Program-made: the position numbers and the translations under genes | Assembly: GCA_963748215.1 (NCBI GenBank) | Contig: CAVVHS010000006.1 | Coordinates: 224,001-288,000, forward strand | DNA from: an uncultured Gammaproteobacteria bacterium | GTDB lineage: Bacteria > Pseudomonadota > Gammaproteobacteria > UBA9214 | Direction: 5' to 3' | Length of the DNA: 64,000 nucleotides | The notes under the pieces: model-generated | The model's input: only the letters and a program-made list of their open reading frames with translations | The model's database searches: none | What the model was told of the DNA's origin: nothing | Shown here: positions 1 through 11,730 of the stretch, piece by piece | Layout of the letters: every line of letters starts with the position of its first letter | Position numbering within the stretch: the stretch's first letter is position 1

Positions 1-846
1 GGCTCCGGCATGATGGAATGCAAGAAGGCACTGGTCGATGCCAACGGCGACATGGAGATTGCCATCGAGGCCTTGCGCAAGGCCGGCATGGCCAAGGCCG
101 ACAAGAAGGCGAGCCGCGTGGCCGCGGAAGGCCTTATCGTGATCGAACTCTCCGACGATGCGAAGACGGCGGCGCTGGTGGAAGTCAATTGCGAAACCGA
201 TTTCGTTGCCAAGAAAGACGAGTTCATGGAATTCGCCAGCGCCATCGCCAAACGCGTGCTGGCCAATGATCCGTCGGATATCGACGCGCTGCTGGCGTTG
301 CCGCTGGCGGACGCCGCGCCCACGTCGATCGAGGACACCCGCAAGGGCCTGATCGCCAAGATCGGCGAGAACATCACCGTGCGCCGCTTCGTGCGCATCG
401 AGAGCAGCAACCCGTTGGCCACCTACAGCCACGGCGGGCGCATCGGTGTGGTGGTGGATTACTCCGGCGGCGATGCCGGGCTGGGCAAGGACCTGGCGAT
501 GCACGTCGCCGCACACGATCCGCGCCCGGTGTGCGTGTCCGAGGATCAGGTACCTGCGGAACTGGTGGCAGGCGAACGCCAGATCTTCACCGCCCAGGCC
601 CGCGAGAGCGGCAAGCCGGACAACATCATCGAGAAGATGATCGAGGGCCGCATTCGCAAGTTCCTGTCGGAGATCACCCTGCTGGGTCAGGGCTTCGTCA
701 AGGATCCGGACACGACCATCGAAAAGCTGCTGAAAGAGGCGGACGCCATGGTGGCGCGCTTCGAGCGCATGGAACTCGGCGAGGGCATCGAGAAGAAGTC
801 CGAGAATTTCGCCGACGAGGTCATGGCGCAGGTCAAGGGCGGCTGA
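1..846 (+). CDS. tsf: Translation elongation factor Ts (5' end outside window)
   Basis: GMMECKKAL, EVNCETDFVAK and MHVAA motifs; immediately upstream of pyrH. Confidence 0.97.
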   Translation, partial: GSGMMECKKALVDANGDMEIAIEALRKAGMAKADKKASRVAAEGLIVIELSDDAKTAALVEVNCETDFVAKKDEFMEFASAIAKRVLANDPSDIDALLALPLADAAPTSIEDTRKGLIAKIGENITVRRFVRIESSNPLATYSHGGRIGVVVDYSGGDAGLGKDLAMHVAAHDPRPVCVSEDQVPAELVAGERQIFTAQARESGKPDNIIEKMIEGRIRKFLSEITLLGQGFVKDPDTTIEKLLKEADAMVARFERMELGEGIEKKSENFADEVMAQVKGG

Positions 847-892
847 CAGCGATTCCGGTCGCCCCGCAACAACGTCAAGTTGTCTTTACCAG

Positions 893-920
893 CGGGGCCG
901 GGATACGGCCCCGTTTTATT
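893..920 (+). terminator. Rho-independent terminator after tsf
   Basis: CGGGGCCG-GGATA-CGGCCCCG 8-bp stem followed by TTTTATT. Confidence 0.8.
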
Positions 921-1011
921 ATGGCAATCCGGGCTGAAAAGTACGACAATGCCGGCCGGGGCGACGGACAGCAAGCCCTCGATATCTGGCTGAATATAAA
1001 GGGTAATTGAC

Positions 1012-1716
1012 ATGAAATACCAGCGCATACTGCTCAAGCTCAGCGGGGAGGCGCTGATGGGACAGGGTTCGCACGGTATCGATCCCGCGATCATCAGCCG
1101 GCTGGCCGGGGAAATCCACGCCGAGGTCGGGCGCGGCGTGCAGCTCGGGCTGGTGATCGGCGGCGGCAACATCCTGCGCGGTGCCGGGCTGGCGTCACGC
1201 GGCATGAACCGGGTGACCGGCGATCACATGGGCATGCTGGCCACGGTCATCAACGCGCTGGCCATGCAGGATGCGCTCGAGCAGCTCGGCATCGACTGCC
1301 GGGTCATGTCGGCGCTGACCATGGACCAGGTATGCGAGTCGTACACCGCACGCCAGGCCATTCGTCACCTGGAGGCGGGGCGCGTGGTCATTTTCGCGGC
1401 CGGAACAGGCAACCCGTACTTCACCACGGATTCGGCGGCCAGCCTGCGCGCGATCGAGATCAAAGCCGACCTGTTGCTCAAGGCCACCAAGGTCAACGGC
1501 GTTTATTCGGCCGATCCGGTCACCAACCCGCACGCCATCCTCTACGAACGCATCAGCTACGACGCGGCACTTGAACAGAAACTCGGGGTGATGGATGCAA
1601 CCGCGCTGGTGCTGTGCAGCGAGCACGGCATGCCACTGCGGGTATTCAATGTTTTCGATGCCGGCCAGCTCGGCAGGATCGTCGCCGGCGAGGATGTCGG
1701 CACACTGGTTCAGTAA
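1012..1716 (+). CDS. pyrH: UMP kinase
   Basis: [16 protein letters not shown] and [13 protein letters not shown] motifs; synteny. Confidence 0.97.
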   Translation: MKYQRILLKLSGEALMGQGSHGIDPAIISRLAGEIHAEVGRGVQLGLVIGGGNILRGAGLASRGMNRVTGDHMGMLATVINALAMQDALEQLGIDCRVMSALTMDQVCESYTARQAIRHLEAGRVVIFAAGTGNPYFTTDSAASLRAIEIKADLLLKATKVNGVYSADPVTNPHAILYERISYDAALEQKLGVMDATALVLCSEHGMPLRVFNVFDAGQLGRIVAGEDVGTLVQ

Positions 1717-1727
1717 AGGGGTAGCGA

Positions 1728-2285
1728 ATGATCGAGGATATCATCAAGGACGCAGGCGTCCGCATGACCAAGAGTATTGATACGCTCAAGCAGTCACTGG
1801 GCAAGGTGCGCACCGGGCGCGCACATCCCAGTCTGCTGGACCACCTGCGCGTCGACTACTACGGCTCGGACGTGCCGATTTCGCAGGTCGCCAATATCGG
1901 CGTGGAAGATGCACGCACGCTGACCGTGACCCCGTGGGAAAAACCGATGGTGCAGGTCATCGAGAAGGCGATTCTCAGCTCCGATCTCGGTCTGAACCCG
2001 GCCACTGCGGGCACCGTCATTCGCATCCCGATGCCGCCGCTGACCGAAGAAACGCGCCGTGACCTGGTCAAGGTGGTACGTCACGAAGGCGAGTCCACCA
2101 AGGTGGCGATACGCAATATCCGCCGTGATGCCAACAGCGATTTCAAGGACCTGCTCAAGGAGAAGGCGATTTCAGAGGACGAGGAGCGACGCGCGCAGGA
2201 CGAGATCCAGAAGCTCACCGACCAGCGCATCGGCGAGGTCGACAAGGTGCTGGAGAAGAAGGAATCCGAATTGATGGTCATGTAG
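1728..2285 (+). CDS. frr: Ribosome recycling factor
   Basis: [19 protein letters not shown] and [11 protein letters not shown] motifs. Confidence 0.97.
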   Translation: MIEDIIKDAGVRMTKSIDTLKQSLGKVRTGRAHPSLLDHLRVDYYGSDVPISQVANIGVEDARTLTVTPWEKPMVQVIEKAILSSDLGLNPATAGTVIRIPMPPLTEETRRDLVKVVRHEGESTKVAIRNIRRDANSDFKDLLKEKAISEDEERRAQDEIQKLTDQRIGEVDKVLEKKESELMVM

Positions 2286-2376
2286 CAGCCGGAAAGACTG
2301 CGTGCGCCGACAGACCCGTACGCGGACCTTGCCGGTTATGGCCGGGCTCGAGCCAGGTGGCAGAAAACATACAACG

Positions 2377-3150
2377 TTGACCGAAAGCGGAACTGAATTG
2401 AAATTACCGCAGGACAAGCCAGGCAGTCTGCCGCGCCACATTGCCATCATCATGGACGGCAATGGACGCTGGGCGCGTGCGCGCCTGCTGCCGCGTGCGA
2501 TCGGTCACCGCGAGGGGGTCAAGTCGGTGCGCCGTGTCGTGGAGGACTGCATCGACCGGGATGTCGGTGCGCTCACACTGTTTGCCTTCAGCAGCGAAAA
2601 CTGGCGCCGCCCCAGCGAAGAGATCAGCCTGATCATGGACCTGTTCGTGAACACGCTCAGGAAAGAGGTGGATGCGCTGGACCGGAACGGGGTCAGGCTG
2701 CGTTTCATCGGCGAGCGCAGCGCATTTTCCGACAACCTGACCAGGCTGATCAGCCAGTCCGAACAGCAAACCGCGGACAACCGCCGACTTGAACTGGTGA
2801 TCGCGGCCAACTACGGCGGGCAGTGGGATATCGCCCAGGCGTGCCGGGCGATTGCCCGGAAGGTCGCGGCCGGCGAACTGCAGCCGCAGGATATCGGCAC
2901 AGACGACATCACCGCGGCACTGTCGATGCCCGACCTGCCGATGCCGGACCTCTTTATCCGCACCGGCGGCGAACAGCGCATCAGCAACTTCCTGCTCTGG
3001 CAGCTGGCCTACACCGAGCTCTATTTCACCGACCTGCTGTGGCCGGAGTTCGACGCTGGCGAACTCGACCGGGCGCTGCTCTGGTATGCGAACCGGCAAC
3101 GGCGCTTCGGCCGTACCGGTGACCAGGTGGAGCAGCTCAGGGGTGCTTAA
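2377..3150 (+). CDS. uppS: Undecaprenyl diphosphate synthase (start uncertain, TTG at 2377 or 2398)
   Basis: HIAIIMDGNGRWA, FSSENWRRP and RTGGEQRISNFLLWQ motifs. Confidence 0.95.
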   Translation: MTESGTELKLPQDKPGSLPRHIAIIMDGNGRWARARLLPRAIGHREGVKSVRRVVEDCIDRDVGALTLFAFSSENWRRPSEEISLIMDLFVNTLRKEVDALDRNGVRLRFIGERSAFSDNLTRLISQSEQQTADNRRLELVIAANYGGQWDIAQACRAIARKVAAGELQPQDIGTDDITAALSMPDLPMPDLFIRTGGEQRISNFLLWQLAYTELYFTDLLWPEFDAGELDRALLWYANRQRRFGRTGDQVEQLRGA

Positions 3151-3961
3151 ATGGCGGCTGATTTCCGCGGCCATCATGGTGCCGCTGGTCGTCTATGGCG
3201 TACTGCGCCTGTCGACGCCAGCCTTTGCCGCGGTCCTCGGCGCGATCCTGGTAGCGGCGATCTGGGAATGGAGCCGGCTGGTGCCGTTGTCGGGCTATCC
3301 TGCACGCATCGTCTACACTGCGGCGATCCCCTGCCTGCTGGCGCTGACCTGGTTGCTGGGACCATCTGAGCTGGTCGTCTACCTGCTGGCCGCGGCCGGC
3401 GCCTGGTGGCTGTTCGCACTCTACTGGCTGACCCACCCGCAGCACTGCGCCGCGATGTCTGTCCCGTGCAGCGCACTCAAGCTGCTGGCCGGCGCGCTGG
3501 TCAGCGTGCCGCCCTGGACCGCGCTGGTCGTACTGCATGCGCGCGGCGAGGACGGGCCGCTGTTGACGCTGTTGCTGCTGGTGATGGTGTGGCTGGCCGA
3601 CAGCGGCGCCTATTTCGCCGGTCGCCGCTTTGGCAGGCACAAGCTCGCACCGCAGATCAGCCCGGGCAAGACGCGCGAGGGCGTGTACGGCGGCCTGCTG
3701 GCCAGTCTGCTGTTCGCGGGCATCGCCGGCTGGCTGTACAGCCATTCGCCGTCCTGGACGCTGAGCTTCATGCTGGTCGCGCTGCCGGCCATGCTGTTTT
3801 CCGTGGTCGGGGATCTGCTGGAAAGCCTGATGAAACGCCAGAGCGGCATCAAGGACAGCGGCAGCATCATTCCCGGACACGGCGGCATCTTCGACCGCAT
3901 CGACAGCCTGGTGGCCGCCGCGCCGCTGTTCCTCGCCGGCTTCCTGTGGCTGAAACTGTAA
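3143..3961 (+). CDS. cdsA: Phosphatidate cytidylyltransferase
   Basis: Hydrophobic; ISPGKTREG and [19 protein letters not shown] motifs; GTG start overlaps the uppS stop. Confidence 0.95.
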   Translation: MLKWRLISAAIMVPLVVYGVLRLSTPAFAAVLGAILVAAIWEWSRLVPLSGYPARIVYTAAIPCLLALTWLLGPSELVVYLLAAAGAWWLFALYWLTHPQHCAAMSVPCSALKLLAGALVSVPPWTALVVLHARGEDGPLLTLLLLVMVWLADSGAYFAGRRFGRHKLAPQISPGKTREGVYGGLLASLLFAGIAGWLYSHSPSWTLSFMLVALPAMLFSVVGDLLESLMKRQSGIKDSGSIIPGHGGIFDRIDSLVAAAPLFLAGFLWLKL

Positions 3962-5175
3962 TGACTGCAACCGCACCCGGCCCGTTCGGCATCACCATCC
4001 TCGGGTCCACCGGCTCGATCGGTACCAGTACCCTGGACGTGGTGGCGCGCCATCCGCAGCGCTTCCGGGTTGTGGCGCTGACCGCCAATGACGGCGTCGA
4101 GCGGCTCGCCGAACAGTGCGTGCGCTACCGGCCGGACTACGCCGTGATGGTGGATGCGGCTGCCGCGGCGCAACTGGCGCGACGCCTGCAACATACGGCG
4201 CCGGAGACCGAGGTGCTGTCCGGCACCGACAGCCTGGCCCGGGTCGCGGCGCTGGGCAGTGTCGAGTACGTCATGGCGGCCATTGTCGGTGCGGCCGGCC
4301 TGTTGCCGGCGCTTGCCGCGGCGCGCCACGGCAAGCGCGTGCTGCTGGCGAACAAGGAAGCGCTGGTGATTTCCGGCGACCTGTTCATGCAGGCGGTGCG
4401 CGGGCATGGCGCCACGCTGCTGCCGATCGACAGCGAACACAATGCCATCCTGCAATGCCTGCCCGATGACTACATCACCGGCAGTGTGCCACGCGGCGTC
4501 CACCGTATCCTGCTGACCGCCTCGGGCGGTCCGTTTCGCACGCTGCCACTCGACAGGTTGGCAAGCGTGACCCCGGAGCAGGCCTGCGCGCATCCCAACT
4601 GGGTCATGGGCCGCAAGATTTCGGTGGATTCGGCCACCATGATGAACAAGGGCCTGGAAGTCATCGAGGCGAGCCGGCTGTTCGATTTGCCGCTGGAGAA
4701 AATCGAGGTCGTGCTGCACCCGCAGTCGGTGGTGCATTCGCTGGTGGAATACCGCGACGGCTCGGTGTTGGCGCAGCTTGGCAATCCCGACATGCGTATA
4801 CCGATAAGCCACGCACTGGGCTGGCCGGAACGCATCGAGTCCGGCGCCGGCAGCCTCGACCTGGCGGCGATCGGCACCCTGCAGTTCGAGGCCCCGGACC
4901 TGGCGCGCTATCCCTGCCTGGAACTGGCATACGAGGCACTGCAGGCCGGCGGCACGGCGCCCGCGCTGCTGAATGCGGCCAACGAGGTGGCTGTGCAGGC
5001 CTTCCTGGAACACCGCATACCGTTCACCGCCATCGCGCGGTTGATCCGCGATACGCTGCAACGCTGTCCGGTGCATGACGCCGGCAACCTGGACGTTATC
5101 CTGGCCGATGACGCCGACGCGCGCGTGTGCGCGGCTGAACTCATCACCAACGGCAAGGTCACACTGGCACGATGA
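3961..5175 (+). CDS. dxr: 1-deoxy-D-xylulose 5-phosphate reductoisomerase
   Basis: [22 protein letters not shown] and [23 protein letters not shown] motifs. Confidence 0.97.
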   Translation: MTATAPGPFGITILGSTGSIGTSTLDVVARHPQRFRVVALTANDGVERLAEQCVRYRPDYAVMVDAAAAAQLARRLQHTAPETEVLSGTDSLARVAALGSVEYVMAAIVGAAGLLPALAAARHGKRVLLANKEALVISGDLFMQAVRGHGATLLPIDSEHNAILQCLPDDYITGSVPRGVHRILLTASGGPFRTLPLDRLASVTPEQACAHPNWVMGRKISVDSATMMNKGLEVIEASRLFDLPLEKIEVVLHPQSVVHSLVEYRDGSVLAQLGNPDMRIPISHALGWPERIESGAGSLDLAAIGTLQFEAPDLARYPCLELAYEALQAGGTAPALLNAANEVAVQAFLEHRIPFTAIARLIRDTLQRCPVHDAGNLDVILADDADARVCAAELITNGKVTLAR

Positions 5176-6536
5176 ACAGCGTCCTCTTCTCGTTGCTGGC
5201 CTTTATCCTTGCCATCGGTGTGCTGGTCACGGTGCACGAGTTCGGGCATTTCTGGGTGGCGCGCCGGCTGGGCGTGAAGGTGCTGCGCTTTTCCATCGGC
5301 TTCGGCAAGCCGCTCTGGACCAAAACCTTTGGTGCCGACCGCAGTGAATTCGTGATCGCCGCGCTGCCGCTGGGCGGTTACGTCAGGATGCTCGACGAGC
5401 GCGAAGGCGAGGTCGCGGCCGAGGACTTGCCGCGTGCCTTCAACCGCCAGCCGGTCTCCACGCGGGTGGCCGTGGTGGTCGCGGGTCCGTTGTTCAATTT
5501 CCTGTTCGCCATCGCAGCCTACTGGATGATGTTCGTGGTCGGCGTTCCCGGCCTGCGTCCGGTGGTGGGTGACGTCACGCCCGGGTCGTATGCCGCGCAA
5601 GCCGGCATTGTCGCCGGCGATGAAATCATCGCCATTCAGGGCGAGCCTACCCCGACCTGGGAAAGCGCTGTCATGACGCTCCTCGACGCCAGTCTCGACG
5701 AGCGCGATGCCATCACGCTGAACGTGCGTGATCCCGGCGGCGTCGAGCGTGACCTGCAGGTGCGGCTCGTACAGTCCACGGAACTGCTCGAGAAGGGTGG
5801 CGTGCTGCGCAACTTCGGCCTGGCCCCCTGGCAGCTGCCCGCCGTGATCGATGAACTGGTGGCCGGGGAAGCCGCGGAGCGTGATGGCCTGCGCAGCGGC
5901 GACCGCATCCTCGTCGCCGACGGCAAGCCGATCACCGGCTGGAACGACTGGGTGGAGTATGTGCGTGCACGCCCGGAGCAGTCCATCCAGGTGGAAGTGC
6001 AGCGTGACGGCGCGACGAGCCTGCTGGAACTGGTGCCCAAACGGGTGACAGAGGGTGGCGCGGCACACGGTTTTATCGGTGCATCGGTACGTCTGCCGGA
6101 CGCCGGCCAGCATGCTACAATGCGCGTCGTTGTGCACCATGGACCACTGGAGGCGTTGCCTGCGGCACTCGGCAAGACCTGGGATGTCACCACCCTGACC
6201 TTGCGTACACTGTGGAAAATGCTGACCGGCAAGGCGTCGGTCGAGAACCTGAGCGGTCCCATCAGCATCGCCAAGTACGCGGGCGAGTCGGCCGCGGTGG
6301 GCCTGACAACGTTCCTGGCCTTCCTGGGCATCGTCAGCGTCAGTCTGGGGGTGCTGAACCTGTTACCGATACCGGTGCTGGACGGTGGCCACCTGCTGTA
6401 CTACCTGGTGGAGCTGGTCAAGGGCAGCCCGGTGTCCGAGGCGGCGCAACTGGCGGGGCAGAAGGTCGGTATCTTCCTGCTGCTGATGCTGATGTCGGTG
6501 GCTTTCTATAACGATCTGGTACGACTGATTGACTGA
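5172..6536 (+). CDS. rseP: RIP metalloprotease RseP
   Basis: HEFGH zinc motif, two PDZ-like regions and [11 protein letters not shown]. Confidence 0.96.
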   Translation: MNSVLFSLLAFILAIGVLVTVHEFGHFWVARRLGVKVLRFSIGFGKPLWTKTFGADRSEFVIAALPLGGYVRMLDEREGEVAAEDLPRAFNRQPVSTRVAVVVAGPLFNFLFAIAAYWMMFVVGVPGLRPVVGDVTPGSYAAQAGIVAGDEIIAIQGEPTPTWESAVMTLLDASLDERDAITLNVRDPGGVERDLQVRLVQSTELLEKGGVLRNFGLAPWQLPAVIDELVAGEAAERDGLRSGDRILVADGKPITGWNDWVEYVRARPEQSIQVEVQRDGATSLLELVPKRVTEGGAAHGFIGASVRLPDAGQHATMRVVVHHGPLEALPAALGKTWDVTTLTLRTLWKMLTGKASVENLSGPISIAKYAGESAAVGLTTFLAFLGIVSVSLGVLNLLPIPVLDGGHLLYYLVELVKGSPVSEAAQLAGQKVGIFLLLMLMSVAFYNDLVRLID

Positions 6537-6548
6537 GTGAGAATAGGG

Positions 6549-8843
6549 ATGTCTGTGAATCGTCTGCTCCTGGCGTGCCGGATAGTGCTGTTGTCGTTGC
6601 TTCTGAACGGGACCGTGCAGGCGTTTGCGCCTTTCACTGTCGAGGATATCCGCGTCGAGGGGCTGCAGCGCATTTCCGCCGGCACGGTATTCAATTACCT
6701 GCCGGTCAAGATCGGCCAGAGCCTGGACAACGACGGCAGCGTTGCGGCCATCACCGCGCTGTTCAAGACCGGTTTCTTCGACGATGTCTACATGGAACGC
6801 GACGGCAGCGTGCTGGTGATATTCGTGCGGGAACGGGCCGCGATCAGCAGTATCGAGATCGAGGGTAACCAGGACCTGGATACCCAGGAGTTGCTGGACG
6901 GCCTCAAGCAGATCGGCCTGGCAGAGGGTCGCGTGTTCGACCGCTCGCTGCTGGAAAAGGTCGAGCAGGAACTGCAGCGGCAGTATTTCAGCCGCGGCAA
7001 GTATTCCGTGAAGATCGATACCACGATCACGCCGCTGGAACGCAACCGGGTCGGCATCAAGATCGATATCTCGGAAGGCCGGGTCGCCCGCATCAAGCAG
7101 ATCAACATTATCGGCAACCACCGCTACAAAGACGAGGAACTGCTCGACGAGTTCAGCCTGACCACGCCGGGAATGTTTTCCGCGTTCACCAAGAGCGACC
7201 AGTATTCCAAGCAGGCGCTGTCGGCGGACCTCGAGGTGCTGCGCACCTGGTACCTGGACCGCGGTTACCTGAAATTCAACATCAATTCGACCCAGGTCTC
7301 TATCACGCCGGACAAGAAGGACATCTACATCACCATCAATATCACCGAGGGCAAGCAATTCACCATCAAGGTGGTAACGCTGTCCGGTGACCTGGTCGTG
7401 CCGGCCGAGGAAATCTTTCCGCTGATCAACATCAACCCCGGCGACGTGTTCTCGCGCAAACGCGTCACCGAGTCGGTCGACAGGATCAGTTCTCTGCTCG
7501 GTAACCAGGGCTATGCCTTCGCGAACGTCAACACCGTGCCGGAGATAAACGAGGAGACCAACCAGGTCGAACTCGGCTTTTTCGTCGACCCTGGCAAACG
7601 GGTCTATGTCAGGCGCATCAATTTTGCCGGCAATAACTCGACGCGTGACGAGGTGCTGCGCCGCGAAATGCGCCAGATGGAGGGCGGTTGGTACTCCGCC
7701 GAAAAGGTGGAACGCTCGCGCACCCGTCTGGACCGCCTCGGCTTCTTCGAAAAGGTCAATGTCGAGACCCCGTCGGTGCCTGGCACCACCGACCAGCTGG
7801 ATGTCGATTACTCGGTGACGGAAACCTCTTCCGGGAGTATCACGGCCGGCGTCGGCTTTTCGCAGAGTTCCGGCTTCCTGTTCAACGCCAGCGTGCAGCA
7901 GAACAATTTCCTCGGTACCGGCAAACGTGTCGCTTTCACCTTCGACAACAGCGATGTGAATACCGTTTACAGCTTCAGCTACGTCAACCCGTACTGGACC
8001 ATCGACGGCGTCAGTCGCGGCTTCGGCGCCTACTTCCGGGAAACAGATGCCAGCCAGGCGAATCTGACGGACTACACCACCGATACGCGCGGTATCGACA
8101 TGAACTTCGGTATCCCGATCAACGAGTACGACAGCATCCGTTTCAGCATCGGTTACAAGGGTCTGGACCTGAAATCGAGCGTCTTTTCGCCGGTAGAGGT
8201 CACCGATTTCGAGGATACCTATGGCAACAGCTTCGGTGACCTGGTGCTGTCTGCCAGCTGGCGTCATGACTCGCGCAACAAGATCCTGTTCCCGGACGAG
8301 GGCGGCCTGAAGAGCATCGCGCTGGAGACGACCTTGCCGGGATCAGGGCTGGAGTACTACAAGCTCGATTACACGCAGCAGCAGTTCTTGCCCTTGACCC
8401 GCAACCTGACACTCGGCCTGAAGGCCCGCATCGGCTACGGCGACGGTTACGGCGATTTCGTCAACCTGCCGTTTTTCGAGAACTTTTTCGCTGGCGGCAT
8501 TCGCTCGGTGCGTGGTTTTGATGACAACACGCTGGGACCGAGAGATTCGAACAATAATTCGATTGGCGGTGCATTCCTGACTGTGGCCAGCATGGAGCTG
8601 CTGTTTCCGGTGCCGTTTCTCGATGTCGGCAGCGGCACACGCTTGAGTGCTTTCTTCGATGTCGGTAATGTCTTCGAAGACGTCAATGCATTCGAGACCA
8701 GCGAATTCAGGTATTCTGTAGGCTTGGCGGGACTGTGGTCATCGCCGCTTGGCCCCATATCGGTAAGTTTCGGTTTCCCGCTGAATGCCAAGGACGGTGA
8801 CGAGGAACAGAACTTCCAGTTCACAGTGGGAACCTTTTTCTGA
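6549..8843 (+). CDS. bamA: Outer membrane protein assembly factor BamA
   Basis: Signal peptide, POTRA start DIRVEGLQRI, VRGF loop-6 motif and C-terminal Phe. Confidence 0.96.
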   Translation: MSVNRLLLACRIVLLSLLLNGTVQAFAPFTVEDIRVEGLQRISAGTVFNYLPVKIGQSLDNDGSVAAITALFKTGFFDDVYMERDGSVLVIFVRERAAISSIEIEGNQDLDTQELLDGLKQIGLAEGRVFDRSLLEKVEQELQRQYFSRGKYSVKIDTTITPLERNRVGIKIDISEGRVARIKQINIIGNHRYKDEELLDEFSLTTPGMFSAFTKSDQYSKQALSADLEVLRTWYLDRGYLKFNINSTQVSITPDKKDIYITINITEGKQFTIKVVTLSGDLVVPAEEIFPLININPGDVFSRKRVTESVDRISSLLGNQGYAFANVNTVPEINEETNQVELGFFVDPGKRVYVRRINFAGNNSTRDEVLRREMRQMEGGWYSAEKVERSRTRLDRLGFFEKVNVETPSVPGTTDQLDVDYSVTETSSGSITAGVGFSQSSGFLFNASVQQNNFLGTGKRVAFTFDNSDVNTVYSFSYVNPYWTIDGVSRGFGAYFRETDASQANLTDYTTDTRGIDMNFGIPINEYDSIRFSIGYKGLDLKSSVFSPVEVTDFEDTYGNSFGDLVLSASWRHDSRNKILFPDEGGLKSIALETTLPGSGLEYYKLDYTQQQFLPLTRNLTLGLKARIGYGDGYGDFVNLPFFENFFAGGIRSVRGFDDNTLGPRDSNNNSIGGAFLTVASMELLFPVPFLDVGSGTRLSAFFDVGNVFEDVNAFETSEFRYSVGLAGLWSSPLGPISVSFGFPLNAKDGDEEQNFQFTVGTFF

Positions 8844-8871
8844 ATCCATTACTACTTCACGGAGAATTGAT

Positions 8872-9387
8872 GTGACTACCCGCAAGCATATTCCATTGGC
8901 CATGATTTCGATGGCTGCCCTGATGCTGTTTACCGGCATCGCCCGCGCAGAGCTGAAAGTCGGATTTGTGGATCTCGCCAAGCTCAGCGAGAACGCACCA
9001 CAGATTATTTCCGCGCAAGGCAAGATCGATGCCGAGTTTTCCAGCCGGGAAAAGGAGCTGGTCGCCCTGCAGCGCAAGATCGCCAAGATGGAAGAAGATC
9101 TGTCCAACAACGGCGCGGTGATGAGCGAGTCAGAACGCAGCAGCAGCGAGCGCGATATTCTCAGCAAGCGCCGCGAGCTGAAACGCTCGCAGGACGAATT
9201 TCGTGATGACCTCAATATCCGCAAGAATGAAATACTCAAGCAGGTCAACATCGAAATCGGCAATGTCATCGAGGCTCTGGCCAAGGACGAGAAGTACGAC
9301 CTCATTATCGCGCAGGGTGTCATGTTCGCGAGCGACCGCGTTGATATCACCGACACGATCCTGAAAAAGCTTTCCTCGGGCAAGTAG
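8872..9387 (+). CDS. skp: Periplasmic chaperone Skp/OmpH
   Basis: GGAG RBS plus GTG, signal peptide, KVGFVD, coiled coil and DITDTILKKL; lies between bamA and lpxD. Confidence 0.92.
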   Translation: MTTRKHIPLAMISMAALMLFTGIARAELKVGFVDLAKLSENAPQIISAQGKIDAEFSSREKELVALQRKIAKMEEDLSNNGAVMSESERSSSERDILSKRRELKRSQDEFRDDLNIRKNEILKQVNIEIGNVIEALAKDEKYDLIIAQGVMFASDRVDITDTILKKLSSGK

Positions 9388-9416
9388 CGCGGCCGCACTG
9401 CCGCGGATAATTGCGC

Positions 9417-10463
9417 ATGGCAATGACCCTCGGTGAACTGGCGCAGCGGCTGGGTGTGACGCTGCAGGGAGGAGATCCGGCGTGCCAGGTGACGGCCGTC
9501 GCCACCCTGCAGCATGCCGGCAGCGGTGATCTGAGCTTTCTTGCCAACAAGGGTTACCGGAAATATCTGTCCGGCACCCGCGCCTCCGCTGTCATCCTTG
9601 CCGCTGAACACGCGGATGAATGTCCGGTTGCCGTGCTGGTATCGGACAACCCCTACGCAACCTACGCGCGCGCCGCCGCGCTGATCGTGCCGCCTGCGCG
9701 GGGTCGCCAGGGAGTTCACCCGACAGCCACGCTGGAGGAAGGTTGCCGGGTCGATGACACGGCCTGGGTGGGACCCAACTGCATCATCGAGCGCGATGCC
9801 GTCGTCCATGCCGGCGTGCAACTTGCCGGTGGTTGTTTCATCGGTGCCGGCAGCAGTATCGGTGCGGACAGCCGCCTGTTGCCGAACGTGGTCGTCTGTC
9901 ACGATGTCAGCATCGGCGAGCGGGTCACCCTCCATGCGGGAGCGGTCATCGGCAGCGATGGTTTCGGGCTGGCCAGCGAGAACGGTAAATGGCTGAATGT
10001 GCCGCAGCTCGGCAGCGTGCGTATCGGCAACGATGTGGAGATCGGTGCGAACACCACGGTCGACCGTGGCGCGCTCGAGGACACCGTGCTGGAAGAAGGC
10101 GTCAGGCTCGATAATCAGATACAGGTTGCGCATAATGTCCACATCGGCGCGCACACCGCGATCGCCGGTTGCGTCGGCATTTCGGGTAGCGCGAAAATCG
10201 GCCGGCATTGCATGATCGGCGGTGGTGCCGGCATCGTCGGGCACCTGGAAATCGCCGACAACGTGATCATTACCGGCATGACCATGGTCACCCGGTCGAT
10301 TACCGAACCGGGTGTCTATTCATCCGGTGTGCCGGCACAGGACAATGACAGCTGGAACAGGAATTATGCGCGCTTCCGGCAGCTTGACCGTATCGCGCGC
10401 AAGGTGCAGGCCCTGGAGCGCAGGCTTGCGGCAGACGGCGACGGGCAGCAGGGCCGTGACTGA
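9417..10463 (+). CDS. lpxD: UDP-3-O-acylglucosamine N-acyltransferase
   Basis: Hexapeptide repeats; IGSDGFG, EIGANTTVDRG and LDNQIQVAHNV motifs. Confidence 0.96.
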   Translation: MAMTLGELAQRLGVTLQGGDPACQVTAVATLQHAGSGDLSFLANKGYRKYLSGTRASAVILAAEHADECPVAVLVSDNPYATYARAAALIVPPARGRQGVHPTATLEEGCRVDDTAWVGPNCIIERDAVVHAGVQLAGGCFIGAGSSIGADSRLLPNVVVCHDVSIGERVTLHAGAVIGSDGFGLASENGKWLNVPQLGSVRIGNDVEIGANTTVDRGALEDTVLEEGVRLDNQIQVAHNVHIGAHTAIAGCVGISGSAKIGRHCMIGGGAGIVGHLEIADNVIITGMTMVTRSITEPGVYSSGVPAQDNDSWNRNYARFRQLDRIARKVQALERRLAADGDGQQGRD

Positions 10464-10520
10464 GCGCTTGAATAACTACAAAAGAACTCTTGCACAACGA
10501 CACCACCCGGGCGTACATCC

Positions 10521-10961
10521 ATGGACATCAATGACATTCTCCAGCACCTGCCGCACAGGTATCCGTTCCTGCTGATAGATCGCGTCACCGAATTCAATGC
10601 CGGTGAATCGCTGGTGGGCTACAAGAACGTGACCTTCAACGAACCCTTTTTCCAGGGCCATTTCCCGCAGCGCCCGATCATGCCCGGCGTGCTGATACTC
10701 GAGGCCATGGCGCAGGCGACCGGTCTGCTCGCCTTCAAGACGGTGGAGCGCGGGGCGCGGCGCGAAAGCCTGTATTACCTGGTCGGCATGGACAAGGCTC
10801 GTTTCAAACGTCCGGTCGAGCCGGGCGACAAGCTGGTCCTGCGTGCCAGGCTGTTGCGTTCAAGGCGCGGTATCTGGGTATTCGACTGCGATGCCAGTGT
10901 CGACGGCAAGGTGGTCGCCAGCGCGGAGATTATGTGCACCGAACAGGATATCGAGCCTTGA
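10521..10961 (+). CDS. fabZ: 3-hydroxyacyl-ACP dehydratase
   Basis: [12 protein letters not shown] and [20 protein letters not shown] motifs. Confidence 0.97.
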   Translation: MDINDILQHLPHRYPFLLIDRVTEFNAGESLVGYKNVTFNEPFFQGHFPQRPIMPGVLILEAMAQATGLLAFKTVERGARRESLYYLVGMDKARFKRPVEPGDKLVLRARLLRSRRGIWVFDCDASVDGKVVASAEIMCTEQDIEP

Positions 10962-11728
10962 TCGATGCGCGCGCGGTCATAGATCCCGGGGCGGAACTGG
11001 CGGCGAACGTGACGGTTGGTCCCTACACGGTGATCGGTCCCGAGGTGAGTATCGGGGAGGGTACGCGGATCGGGCCGCATGTCGTTATCGAGGGGCCGAC
11101 CCGAATCGGCCGCGATAACCGTATTTTCCCGTTCGCGTCGCTTGGCACGGCACCGCAGGATAAAAAGTATGCGGATGAGAAAACCTGGCTGGAGATCGGC
11201 GATCGCAACACCATCAGGGAGTTCGTCACCTTCAACCGCGGCACGGTGCAGGATGCCGGCGCGACCCGCATCGGCAATGATAACTGGATCATGGCCTACG
11301 TACACATCGCGCACGATTGCCGGATCGGCAACCAGACCATCTTCGCCAACAACGCATCGCTGGCCGGCCACGTGCACATCGATGACTATGTCATCCTTGG
11401 CGGTTTCACGCTGGTGCACCAGTTCTGCCACATCGGCGCACACTCCCTGACGGCATTCGGCAGCGGCATCAGCATGGATGTGCCGCCCTACGTGACGGTC
11501 GGCGGCAGTCCCGCGCATGCGCACGGACTGAACCTGGAAGGGCTGCGTCGGCGCGGTTTTTCCGAGGACACGCGCCGACTGCTGAAGCAGGCCTACAGGA
11601 CGATATACCGCGAGAACCGGTCGCTCGCCGACGCGGTTGCGCAGCTCCGCGCGCTGGGCAGCGACAGCGCCGAGCTGGAACTGCTGATACGCTTCCTGGA
11701 AAACCAGACGCGCGGTATCGTCAGGTAG
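10958..11728 (+). CDS. lpxA: UDP-N-acetylglucosamine acyltransferase
   Basis: TTG start overlapping the fabZ stop; hexapeptide repeats; PQDKKY, HIAHDC and [12 protein letters not shown]. Confidence 0.96.
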   Translation: MIDARAVIDPGAELAANVTVGPYTVIGPEVSIGEGTRIGPHVVIEGPTRIGRDNRIFPFASLGTAPQDKKYADEKTWLEIGDRNTIREFVTFNRGTVQDAGATRIGNDNWIMAYVHIAHDCRIGNQTIFANNASLAGHVHIDDYVILGGFTLVHQFCHIGAHSLTAFGSGISMDVPPYVTVGGSPAHAHGLNLEGLRRRGFSEDTRRLLKQAYRTIYRENRSLADAVAQLRALGSDSAELELLIRFLENQTRGIVR

Positions 11729-11730
11729 GC